Assembly (NCBI GenBank): GCA_041742355.1
Contig: JBGSIV010000259.1
Coordinates: 1 to 37,259 of the forward strand
Direction: 5' to 3'
Origin: Candidatus Zixiibacteriota bacterium
Lineage (GTDB): Bacteria; Zixibacteria; MSB-5A5; GN15; FEB-12
Length of the DNA stretch: 37,259 nt
The notes beneath the pieces were generated by a model. The model saw only the letters and a program-made list of their open reading frames with translations. It was not told the origin of the DNA and ran no database searches. Numbering within the stretch: the stretch's first letter is position 1; each line of letters begins with the position of its first letter. The position numbers and the translations under genes are program-made. Positions 1 through 7,938 of the stretch are shown piece after piece.

Positions 1-127
1 CGGGCTCCTTGCGCGGCCGAGGCGGCGGACGATCAGGTTTCGGGGTCGGCTCTTTCGGCGTGTCCGCCGGCTTCCGGCGCGAGCGCTCGGGCCGCTGTTC
101 CACGCTCGGCTTCAGTTCGCCATCCAT
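1..127 (-). CDS. 5' part of a CDS running off the left edge (MDGELKPSVEQRPERSRRKPADTPKEPTPKPDRPPPRPRKEP...), Pro/Arg-rich N-terminus, product unknown
   Basis: ATG at 127 preceded by AGAGGA-TAAT (SD-like); frame is open to position 1; co-directional with the upstream minus-strand genes. Confidence 0.55.
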   Translation of the reverse strand, partial: MDGELKPSVEQRPERSRRKPADTPKEPTPKPDRPPPRPRKEP

Positions 128-135
128 ATTATCCT

Positions 136-528
136 CTACCCTCTCCGGCTGCTGAGCACTTGATCCATCCCCTCGACGGGCATGGGCAGGTTCCAGCTGT
201 TACGTCGACGCTCGGCGACTTCCTCCGCTTCGCCCGATGACCTTCGCCTAGGTCGACCTCTCCGTTTCTTCGAAGCCCGACCCCACCCCGCCGGATTGCC
301 CGGAAGGATCAGCGCCGAGTGCCGCTCGCCGCGCGTCCCAGCCGAATGGCCGGATCCGGTCGGACTCGTCGCGACTCGCCGTCCTGGACGACGACGACGC
401 ATAGTGCCCAAGCGGCAGACGTAACGGCGGCCGTAGCTGTCGGACAATCCGGCACGCACCGGTTCCACGAACTCCCGGGCATCGTCGGTTCCCCCTGATC
501 CTCCCTCAAACCAACTGAACCCTGACAT
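136..528 (-). CDS. Hypothetical basic Arg-rich protein (130 aa) with an AT-hook-like KKRRGRPRRR
   Basis: ORF track; GTGAGG lies 8 nt before the ATG; its TAG abuts the SD of the next CDS. No family recognised and it could be spurious. Confidence 0.35.
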   Translation of the reverse strand: MSGFSWFEGGSGGTDDAREFVEPVRAGLSDSYGRRYVCRLGTMRRRRPGRRVATSPTGSGHSAGTRGERHSALILPGNPAGWGRASKKRRGRPRRRSSGEAEEVAERRRNSWNLPMPVEGMDQVLSSRRG

Positions 529-628
529 ACCACTAGCCTCACACCGAATTGCGCGACGATGCGCCGCAGCGCGGTCGGCCGCCGCGTTTCTGCGATCGAC
601 CGACCCTTCGTCGCACGACCGAATGCTC

Positions 629-1411
629 TTACTTCCAGTAGCGCGGACGACCGTAGTAGTCGAAGAGTATCTCTTCGTACTTCCGGTTCACGGGAGCATT
701 CGGATCGAACTCCGGCGCGTTCTTGATATTATCCTTGGGGACTTCCACCCGCACCACCGAGTCATCATCCTGAATGTTCTGGATGATCGGGATCGGCAGC
801 ATGACCTTCTTCCCCGGAAGCCATTTGGCCGTGTCGACAATGGCATAGCGCAGGTGCCAGGCATCGTCGTCGATCACGAAGTCATCGACCTCGCCGATGT
901 TGCCGTCGGTCGCTCCCACGGCATACCCTCGGATGTCCTCGACGCTCTTGAGATGGGCAGCCGGCGCTGCCGAGCGCATTGTCTCATCCATACGCCCAGC
1001 CGCACCACCCGGCGTTGTCCGACCGGTGCCGGCGGTTGTCCCGCCGACCGTGTTCGGCCCGGTCGGCGTGGGACCGGTCGCCCGGCCGCCCCAGTAGGGC
1101 TGCCACTCGTAGTGTCGGTAGAGGTCTTCCTCGTAGGTCCGCGTCACCCGCTGGGTCGATTCGATCGGCGGGCTGTTCTTGATCTGTCCCTGGGTGAGAT
1201 TCACCGGAAACGACTTATTGTGCCAGTCCGGTTTTCCCAGCGCCGACGGTGGGACGATGACTTTGCGACCGGTCAGAAAGTTCCCCGTGTCGACGACGAC
1301 GTAGCGAAGCGCCCACGTGGTGTCGTCAAATAGAAAGTCGGTCGCCTTGCCGATCTCCCCGTCACGCGCCAGGATATTGTACCCTTCCAACTCCTTCATA
1401 CTGCGCAGCAT
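629..1411 (-). CDS. PRC-barrel domain protein with two PRC barrels
   Basis: Two repeats of GYx(I/V)xAxDGxIGxxxDFxxDDxxWxLRYxxVDTxxxLxGxKV, a T/G/P-rich linker and a YYGRPRYW tail; SD AAAGGAG. Confidence 0.9.
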   Translation of the reverse strand: MLRSMKELEGYNILARDGEIGKATDFLFDDTTWALRYVVVDTGNFLTGRKVIVPPSALGKPDWHNKSFPVNLTQGQIKNSPPIESTQRVTRTYEEDLYRHYEWQPYWGGRATGPTPTGPNTVGGTTAGTGRTTPGGAAGRMDETMRSAAPAAHLKSVEDIRGYAVGATDGNIGEVDDFVIDDDAWHLRYAIVDTAKWLPGKKVMLPIPIIQNIQDDDSVVRVEVPKDNIKNAPEFDPNAPVNRKYEEILFDYYGRPRYWK

Positions 1412-1454
1412 GGTTCGTGCTCCTTTCCAGGTTCACAGGCTATGGACTACTTGC

Positions 1455-1856
1455 TCACGCGGCTGCGTAGTGGACTGCCACCGAGAGAGCGAGCGCCACG
1501 ATCAAGATCCACAGCACGACGCCGAGGACTCCGGGCGCTCCCGCCTGCACAGCCGCCTGCGTTTCAGCCTCCTCGACCGAACGCGGGCGGCGGTTCGGCG
1601 CGATAAACAGCAGCAGCAGTGCCACGACAAACCCCGTAATAACGAACGGGACCCAGTAAATTCCCCAGGCCGCCGGGCCGAACGGTGTCAGCCACACGCC
1701 ACCCGCCCAGTTCGCCACAAACAGAAAGGCGAACAGGTAGAGCGCGGATGACCAGTACCCCTTGGCGCCCGGCCGCTGCCAGCGGAAGACCGCGATCATA
1801 ACGACCGTCAGCACCACGCTGACAAGGAGGGCAAAGAGTATCACCGTCAGGAGCAT
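1455..1856 (-). CDS. Hypothetical membrane protein, about 4 TM helices
   Basis: Four long hydrophobic segments; SD AGGAGGGAG upstream; fits between neighbouring genes on the same strand. Confidence 0.75.
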   Translation of the reverse strand: MLLTVILFALLVSVVLTVVMIAVFRWQRPGAKGYWSSALYLFAFLFVANWAGGVWLTPFGPAAWGIYWVPFVITGFVVALLLLFIAPNRRPRSVEEAETQAAVQAGAPGVLGVVLWILIVALALSVAVHYAAA

Positions 1857-2353
1857 TTCACCGCCACACTCCCTCCTGCGCTGCCGAAACCGATGGTCCG
1901 GCTATGGATAATCCGGGCTGCCGACAAGGTGAATTGCACCAAATCTGGTACGGACTGGAAAACGGACGACCGTCCCGCCGAACGGGCGGCAAGACATGAA
2001 CAACACCGCCGGGATGTCATCGTCCGGTCATCTGCCCGGAGACAACGGCGCCGGCAGTCGGGCCGGCGTCACTTCAGCGGCCGGGACTGGCGTTTGTTCG
2101 TAAGCTGTAGAACTCGGCAAAATAACGAGAAGAGGGCGTCAAGGTGTGCTGTCGTATCCGGTTCGCTGTTTCCACGTCCGATACAACTCTCCTTTCTATC
2201 CCTGGGAAATACCGTCACACAGAATAACAGGGGGGGTAACGAAAGGTTCCATGCTCAGCCCGGGCAGCGCGACTTTCACGCATGCGCCGCCACAACCCTT
2301 TGACTATAAGTAAGTTGGCTCGACAACCTGAAGTATTACGCAATGCGATTCGC

Positions 2354-3295
2354 TTACCGCGACAGCAACCCCCCGATAATTACTTCAACCGCATCATCCT
2401 CCGACAGGCCGCGTGACATGAGCGTCTCTAACTGCTTGCTGTCGACACTGCCGATTGCCGCTTCATGCGTTATGTGTGCCTTCGGGTGCCGTACATCGAC
2501 AATCGGAATCGCCTGGGCCTGCCCCTGATCCTGGATAATCTCTTTGCAATCGACGTGCCCCCGCGCATATGCCGCGCTGGCTGACAGCCGGCTGTAGACC
2601 TCCGCTTTTGCCCGCTCCCGTACTGCGATCTTGGAGGTCAATACCCCTTTGGCGTACTCGCCGACCAGGCGAGCCGTTTCCGTGATCTTGATCCGGTCGT
2701 CGCCCCGGCCTGAGATCCGCGCCGACATATCCAGCAGGCTCCGGGCATGGCAGGTCGCTTCATAGTCGATATCCATCATCCCCACCCGCCCCTTGAGTAG
2801 TTCGAACTCGGTCTTGAACATCGCATCGGCGCCGACCGTGACAATCGCCTTCGGGATGACAGTCACCCCGCCGCTCGGGCTGTGGACATGCCGCTCGAAG
2901 TACCGGTACTTCGCCCCTTCGCCGATCCTGATCCCGGCATTCATCAGGTGCTGCACATTGATCGCGAACGGAAACGTGCAGTGAGCCAGAAGCGCGATAT
3001 CGGAACCCGCGCTGATGTCGACATCGAGGACAATCCGTTGCACCCCCTCTTTCGGCAGCATGCCGAAACAGAGGTGGACCGGCCTGCTGACAATCGTCCC
3101 TTCATCCAGGCGGATCACCGCGCTGATCCCGTCGGCAAGCTCCTCGACGTCGATATGCAGCCCCGGCACCGAGTGCATCCCGAGCACCCGGTTGTGGTTG
3201 ATCTCCATGTGCGCGACATCCGGGTCGGCCAACTGGTGCGGATCGGCATTTATGCTTTCGTAGAGATCAGCGATCAGCTGCGTATTCGTGCTCAC
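2354..3295 (-). CDS. smsB: SufB/SufD-family Fe-S scaffold, short SmsB type (about 313 aa)
   Basis: Beta-helix SufBD motifs CFGMLP, AHCTFP, GHVDCKEI and HEAAIGSVDSKQLETLMSRGLSEDDA. Start re-assigned to the GTG at 3295, which overlaps the smsC stop (GTGA); the ORF-track start at 3415 lies inside smsC. Confidence 0.88.
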   Translation of the reverse strand: MSTNTQLIADLYESINADPHQLADPDVAHMEINHNRVLGMHSVPGLHIDVEELADGISAVIRLDEGTIVSRPVHLCFGMLPKEGVQRIVLDVDISAGSDIALLAHCTFPFAINVQHLMNAGIRIGEGAKYRYFERHVHSPSGGVTVIPKAIVTVGADAMFKTEFELLKGRVGMMDIDYEATCHARSLLDMSARISGRGDDRIKITETARLVGEYAKGVLTSKIAVRERAKAEVYSRLSASAAYARGHVDCKEIIQDQGQAQAIPIVDVRHPKAHITHEAAIGSVDSKQLETLMSRGLSEDDAVEVIIGGLLSR

Positions 3296-4035
3296 TGCAC
3301 CCCCTCCGCCCCGTTGATTTCCGGGAAGTTCTTGTGGTCGCACGCCAGACACTTCCCCTCGAAATACCGCCGGATCTTCTCCACCGGCCCCTTGTCGACC
3401 ACACTCCCCTTGCACAGCAGGAACGCATGTTCCGCCTGGTCGAGTACCGCCAGGCTGTGGGTAATGAGGATCACGGTCGTTCCCCGTTTCCGGAGCAGCC
3501 GCACCGCTTCAAAAATCCGTTCGAGTGATTCAATGTCGATACCGGAATCCGGTTCATCCAGGATCGCGACCCGCGGCTCCATGGCCAGAATCGACGCCAG
3601 TTCGACCTTCTTGCGCTCCCCGCCGCTCAGCGTTTTGTCGACCGCGCGCCGCAGGTAGTCGTCGGGATTCAGCCCCACTTCCTCAAGTATGCGCCGCAGG
3701 TTGTCTTTGCCTTTGTCCTTTGCCGACGACGCCAGGAACTCCCAGACCGACAAACCCTCGAACCGGGCCGGTTCCTGCCAGCCGAGGGTGATGCCCTGGC
3801 GAGCCCGTTGGTCGATCGGCCAGGCGGTAATCGATTTGCCGTTGAACAGGATGTCGCCGTCGTACGACCGGTAACCGTTTAGTCCCATTATGGTCGCAGC
3901 GAGCGTGGATTTCCCTGCACCGTTCGGCCCGACTACCGCGTGCACGTGCCCCTCCCAGAAGTCGATCGTCAGATCGCGCAGAATCGGCTTGCCGCCGAGC
4001 GAAAGGCGCAGATTATTGATTGAGAGTACACCCAT
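3292..4035 (-). CDS. smsC: SufC-like ABC ATPase, SmsC type
   Basis: Walker A GPNGAGKST, signature LSGGERK, Walker B ILDEPDSGID, H-loop ITH, C-terminal Cys motif LLC...KCLAC. Start ATG at 4035 after AAGGA. Confidence 0.9.
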   Translation of the reverse strand: MGVLSINNLRLSLGGKPILRDLTIDFWEGHVHAVVGPNGAGKSTLAATIMGLNGYRSYDGDILFNGKSITAWPIDQRARQGITLGWQEPARFEGLSVWEFLASSAKDKGKDNLRRILEEVGLNPDDYLRRAVDKTLSGGERKKVELASILAMEPRVAILDEPDSGIDIESLERIFEAVRLLRKRGTTVILITHSLAVLDQAEHAFLLCKGSVVDKGPVEKIRRYFEGKCLACDHKNFPEINGAEGVQ

Positions 4036-4262
4036 GGTTGTATCCTTTCGCCGATGCCCGTCTATGCCGGCTGCTGAAGTCCTCGGCCTTGAGACTCGCT
4101 CCCAATAAGCGATAAATTCGACCGTAATGCACGGGAAATTTTTCACAATCTCGGTCTTGAACGAAAACTTTCATCATTTGCTCGTATCCGCCTTATGGTG
4201 TTGTGGATACAGAGCGGCGTAAACATCCGCGCGAGGCTTGGGCCACTCCCCTCTCCCCCCTG

Positions 4263-5687
4263 TCAGAACCAATCCCGCAACGCCCGTCGGGCCGCATGAT
4301 ACCCGCACATGCCGTGAACTCCGCCCCCCGGCGGGGTCGATGATGAGCAGAGGTACACTCCTTTCAGGGGGGTCCGGTAGGGGGAAAACAACCCGACCGG
4401 TCGCCTGAACATCTGCCTCAAGTCCTGCAGGCCACCATTAATGTCCCCGCCGACATAGTTCGCGTTGTGCGCCTCCATGTCAGCCGAATTCATGGTGTGC
4501 CGCGCCAGCACAAGGTCTCGAAATCCGGGTGCGAACCGTTCGATCTGCTGCTCAATCGCTGCGGTCATATCGACCGTCGAGCCGTTCGGCACGTGGCAGT
4601 AACCCCAAAGGGTCTGATGGCCTTCCGGAGCGCGGGTCGGATCGAACAGGGTCTGCTGGGCAAGAAGCACATAGGGCCGCTCCGGATGTCGCCCGTGCCA
4701 CACGAGCAGTTCACTGGCGGCGATTTCTTCAAATGTACCCCCGATATGCACAACTCCGGATCGTCGACTCTCTTCTGCTGTCCACGGGACCGGCCCGGAA
4801 AGCGCCCAGTCAACCCTGAAAACGCCCGGCCCATAGCGGTATGCCTGCATTCGTTTCCGGTAGCTCTGCGGCAGGCTGTCACTCGCGATCTGAAGGAACT
4901 GGCGCGGGGTGATATCAAGCAGCACTACCCTTGCCTCCGGGAGGTCCGCCAGATCTTTCACCCGGTGGTTCGTGACAAACTCGACGCCGCTCGCCCGAAG
5001 ATATGATACCAGGGCATCGGCAAGCTTCTGCGCTCCCCCACGCGGCATCGGCCAGTCCTCGACATGCGCCGATGCCCCCAGGACGAGCCCGACTGCAGCC
5101 GAGGCCGGCGTGTCGAGCGCGAGCATTGAGTGGGCGGCGATTCCGCCAAACAGCGCTCGCGCCTGCGGGCCGGTGAAGTGCGCATCGACCAACGACTCGG
5201 CCGATCGCAGGGCTTGCAGACCGAATTGGGTAAGCAATAGAGGATGTCGCGGGAAGTGCAGGGGCGCAAGCAGTTCCGGGAGAAGGCTCGACCAGTTCTT
5301 CACAAGCGGACCCATCAGCCGCTCATACGCCGGACCATCTTCGCCGAGCCGGGAGGCCGTTGCCGCCAGCGACATTTCGAGCAGCACTGCGGTGCCATCG
5401 TCGAGCGGGTGCGACACCGCCACTGGGGGACGGATCCACTCCAGGCCGTGGTCGTTTAGCTGCAGTCGGGCGAACGCCGGTGATGCTGCGGCCAGTGGAT
5501 GCAGTGTTGAGCAGATGTCGTGTACAAACCCCGGAAAAGTCAATTCGGCCGAACGCATCCCGCCGCCGAGCGTGTCAGCCGCTTCGAGCACGAGCACCTT
5601 CAGCCCGGCGTGCACCAGTTGTACTGCAGCCGCCAACCCATTCGGGCCGGAACCGACCACTATCGCATCGTGCTTTCCGCTAGACAA
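4263..5687 (-). CDS. FAD-dependent oxidoreductase, phytoene dehydrogenase (COG1233) family
   Basis: N-terminal dinucleotide fold DAIVVGSGPNGLAAA...VLEA...GGG and C-terminal YLCSSSTPPGGGVHGMCG. Start uncertain (TTG at 5687 after CAGGAG, or 5753). Confidence 0.85.
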   Translation of the reverse strand: MSSGKHDAIVVGSGPNGLAAAVQLVHAGLKVLVLEAADTLGGGMRSAELTFPGFVHDICSTLHPLAAASPAFARLQLNDHGLEWIRPPVAVSHPLDDGTAVLLEMSLAATASRLGEDGPAYERLMGPLVKNWSSLLPELLAPLHFPRHPLLLTQFGLQALRSAESLVDAHFTGPQARALFGGIAAHSMLALDTPASAAVGLVLGASAHVEDWPMPRGGAQKLADALVSYLRASGVEFVTNHRVKDLADLPEARVVLLDITPRQFLQIASDSLPQSYRKRMQAYRYGPGVFRVDWALSGPVPWTAEESRRSGVVHIGGTFEEIAASELLVWHGRHPERPYVLLAQQTLFDPTRAPEGHQTLWGYCHVPNGSTVDMTAAIEQQIERFAPGFRDLVLARHTMNSADMEAHNANYVGGDINGGLQDLRQMFRRPVGLFSPYRTPLKGVYLCSSSTPPGGGVHGMCGYHAARRALRDWF

Positions 5688-5739
5688 ACTGGGTGCGTTC
5701 TCCTGCCCGGGCTGCCTGCGTGACCGTTGCCGGTTCGCC

Positions 5740-6321
5740 CTACCGTTGCTCAATCCTGATCGTGCCGCAGGCCAGCCTGGCCCCGGCGTTGCCGCTCGGT
5801 TGAGAAGTTAAATCATCGGGGGCGGCGTGCACAATAACAGATCTCCCGACAATCGAATTCTCCCCCGTCAGTTCCATCACCGGGTCCACCCATTCAAAGT
5901 GCGCTGTGCCATCCGGACCGGCATCAATGTTGCCCAGATCGCCGTCGTGGCGCTGGATGTCGGCCGGTGCGCCGTGGGGCTGGTTGGTCGGGTTGAAGTG
6001 CCCGCCAGCACTCTCGGCGTCGGGAGCCGAGCAGTCGCCGAATTCGTGGACGTGGAAGCCGTGGCGGCCAGGCGGCAGCCCACGGAGGTTCGCCACGATT
6101 CGCACTCCCTCGGGCGTTTCGGTGAATGTGACCACTCCCTGAGCCTCGTTCCCTGCGGTCGGTTCAAGATCCGCCTGCGCCGTAATTCCGGTATTTTCAC
6201 CATTCTGTCCGGCGCCGTTCTGCTGGGCGGTTTGATTCGTATTCCCCGAACAGGCTATCGAGATGGCTCCCGCGAGCCAGACCAGGCAAACAAACACCCC
6301 TGCCCTCAGTTTAGTCCGCAT
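5740..6321 (-). CDS. sodC: Cu/Zn superoxide dismutase, predicted lipoprotein
   Basis: HGFHVHE, GGHFNP, PHG, RHDGDLGN, VIVHA and GNAGARLACG give the full metal-ligand set plus the disulfide Cys pair; signal peptide ends in SIA-C (lipobox-like); SD AGGAAGGGG. Confidence 0.95.
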   Translation of the reverse strand: MRTKLRAGVFVCLVWLAGAISIACSGNTNQTAQQNGAGQNGENTGITAQADLEPTAGNEAQGVVTFTETPEGVRIVANLRGLPPGRHGFHVHEFGDCSAPDAESAGGHFNPTNQPHGAPADIQRHDGDLGNIDAGPDGTAHFEWVDPVMELTGENSIVGRSVIVHAAPDDLTSQPSGNAGARLACGTIRIEQR

Positions 6322-6351
6322 ATCACCCCTTCCTTTCCGGCCGAACGCCTA

Positions 6352-6993
6352 CTACTGCGATCGTTTCACTACACTCTCAAAACTCAGATTATCCACCGAC
6401 TGGACCAGTTCGCCGGCGTAGAGCCGGCCGACCTGATGAAGGGTCAGCATCTGATCGAATTCGGTCAGCGCCGAAATTCCGTCCGCCGGAACAACCACAT
6501 CGATCCACCGCAGACCGGCCGATGCCGCCGTATGCAGCACGCAGATGTTGGCGACCGTCCCGACAATTACTAGATGTCTCGTACGCCAGATATTCCCCAG
6601 GAAATGCCCCAGCCATGTCCCATAGAAACCGTCGTACCGGTTTTTCGGGCATACCAGATCATCCGAACGAGGCGCCAGTTCCTCGATAATCTGCCACCCC
6701 CAACTCCCCTTCACGCAGTGCCTGGGCCACACCTCGAATTCGGGGTCGCCCTCAACCTGGGTGTCCTGCGTGTAGGCGACATGCACGTCCGCCTGTCGCG
6801 CTCGGTCCAGCAATCGGGCAATCCGCGGCACGGTCGCCATTGCCGAGGGGACAACCAGCGCCCCCCCTTCCTTGACGAAATCATTCTGCATATCCACGAC
6901 TACCAATGCAGTTTCCGTCGCAGGAAGCGTGAGCTCCCGGTGGATTCGGATCTCCGGCACGGCAACCTGTTTTCCCGACGCATAGGTGAACAT
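6352..6993 (-). CDS. pncA: Cysteine hydrolase (isochorismatase family), probable nicotinamidase
   Basis: VVVDMQNDF, WPRHCV, KNRYDGF and GTVANICVLHT (Asp-Lys-Cys triad); pncB lies nearby; SD CAGGAG. The family call is firm; the substrate is inferred. Confidence 0.7.
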   Translation of the reverse strand: MFTYASGKQVAVPEIRIHRELTLPATETALVVVDMQNDFVKEGGALVVPSAMATVPRIARLLDRARQADVHVAYTQDTQVEGDPEFEVWPRHCVKGSWGWQIIEELAPRSDDLVCPKNRYDGFYGTWLGHFLGNIWRTRHLVIVGTVANICVLHTAASAGLRWIDVVVPADGISALTEFDQMLTLHQVGRLYAGELVQSVDNLSFESVVKRSQ

Positions 6994-7023
6994 CTGCTTC
7001 TCCTGCCTCTCTGCCAGACCTCG

Positions 7024-7614
7024 CTACTCGACCTTCGGACGACGCACCCCTGGTTTGTCGACTATCTGGACGGTCGACGCCTGCAGGCCTTCCTCCCCGA
7101 TCTCCTCGACATACCGCACACCTGTACCCACCTCAAGGCGTTCCCAGTCGTCGTTAATCACCGCATTTTTGTGGAAGTAGACGCTCCGCCCGTCGAGCGT
7201 TCGCAAGAAACCGTGCTCCTCGTCGGTGAATATCTCCTCGACGATCGCGACGCTGTCCTGCTGGGCAGCTGTCTTTACCTCTTTGCGCTGGCGCTGCATC
7301 AGTTCCTTGACCTGTCGCTCCATTGCGCTGAACGCGTCGCGCACGACCACATCGAGCGCGTCATGCATCGCCATATCCCCCGGATCGCGCCGCACCACGA
7401 GGTCGTGACCCGGAGGAATCCGCACTTCAATCATCACCTGGAAAGGATTGCCGGTCTCCTGGGACGTTTGCGGCTTGCTCAGTGTCACCCGGCATGTCGT
7501 GATGTGATCGCAGATGCGCTCGAGTTTCTCCACCCGCGTATTGATCAGGTCAATCGTCGCATCTGACTTGGGAATATCTCGAAACAGCAATTCCAAGGGT
7601 TTCTGCATACTCAT
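7024..7614 (-). CDS. HPF/RaiA (S30AE) ribosome-associated domain fused to a C-terminal cold-shock domain
   Basis: N-terminal VEKLERICDHITTCRV...VVRDAFSAMERQVKE; C-terminal HGFLRTLDGRSVYFHKNAV...LEVGTGVRY; SD GGGAGG. Confidence 0.88.
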   Translation of the reverse strand: MSMQKPLELLFRDIPKSDATIDLINTRVEKLERICDHITTCRVTLSKPQTSQETGNPFQVMIEVRIPPGHDLVVRRDPGDMAMHDALDVVVRDAFSAMERQVKELMQRQRKEVKTAAQQDSVAIVEEIFTDEEHGFLRTLDGRSVYFHKNAVINDDWERLEVGTGVRYVEEIGEEGLQASTVQIVDKPGVRRPKVE

Positions 7615-7938
7615 CGCCTCCCGGTAATCCGTCTATGTCTATCAGTCTCGCGCTACAGGAGCAGCTTGGCGGGCTATTGCCCGTTCTGCTCATCTCGTCC
7701 TGCACCAACGAAATGCGGCAGAATTGCGAAGCTGGGGTTGTCGCGGCAGGCGTACCTGTGCGCGTGCTGGCACTCCTATAACGCGCAAATCCCCCCGAGG
7801 TTTGCATATTGGACACGAACGGCCGCCCCCTCTGGAACCCGTCAGGGCGAAGCCGGTTAAACCACATGCCGGCGCTGGACCACTGCCGAACCCAACCTCG
7901 CGACCCCATCTGATTCCCCCGCGCCCGCGTCTGCCGTC

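Noticed and set aside
1935..1952. TGCACCA...TGGTACG NtrC-like site
   Set aside because: Spacing is off by one, the right arm is degenerate and no sigma54 promoter is nearby.
2115..2145. GGCAAA...GGCG resembling a c-di-GMP-I riboswitch
   Set aside because: The intervening P2 stem cannot pair and the downstream P3 element is absent.
1893..2303. 136-aa plus-strand ORF in an intergenic gap
   Set aside because: No SD, no motif, Arg/Ser-rich composition and opposite to all neighbouring genes.
7768..7782. TGGCAC as a sigma54 promoter
   Set aside because: No TTGC at the -12 position; the same holds for the minus-strand TGGCAC near 24390.
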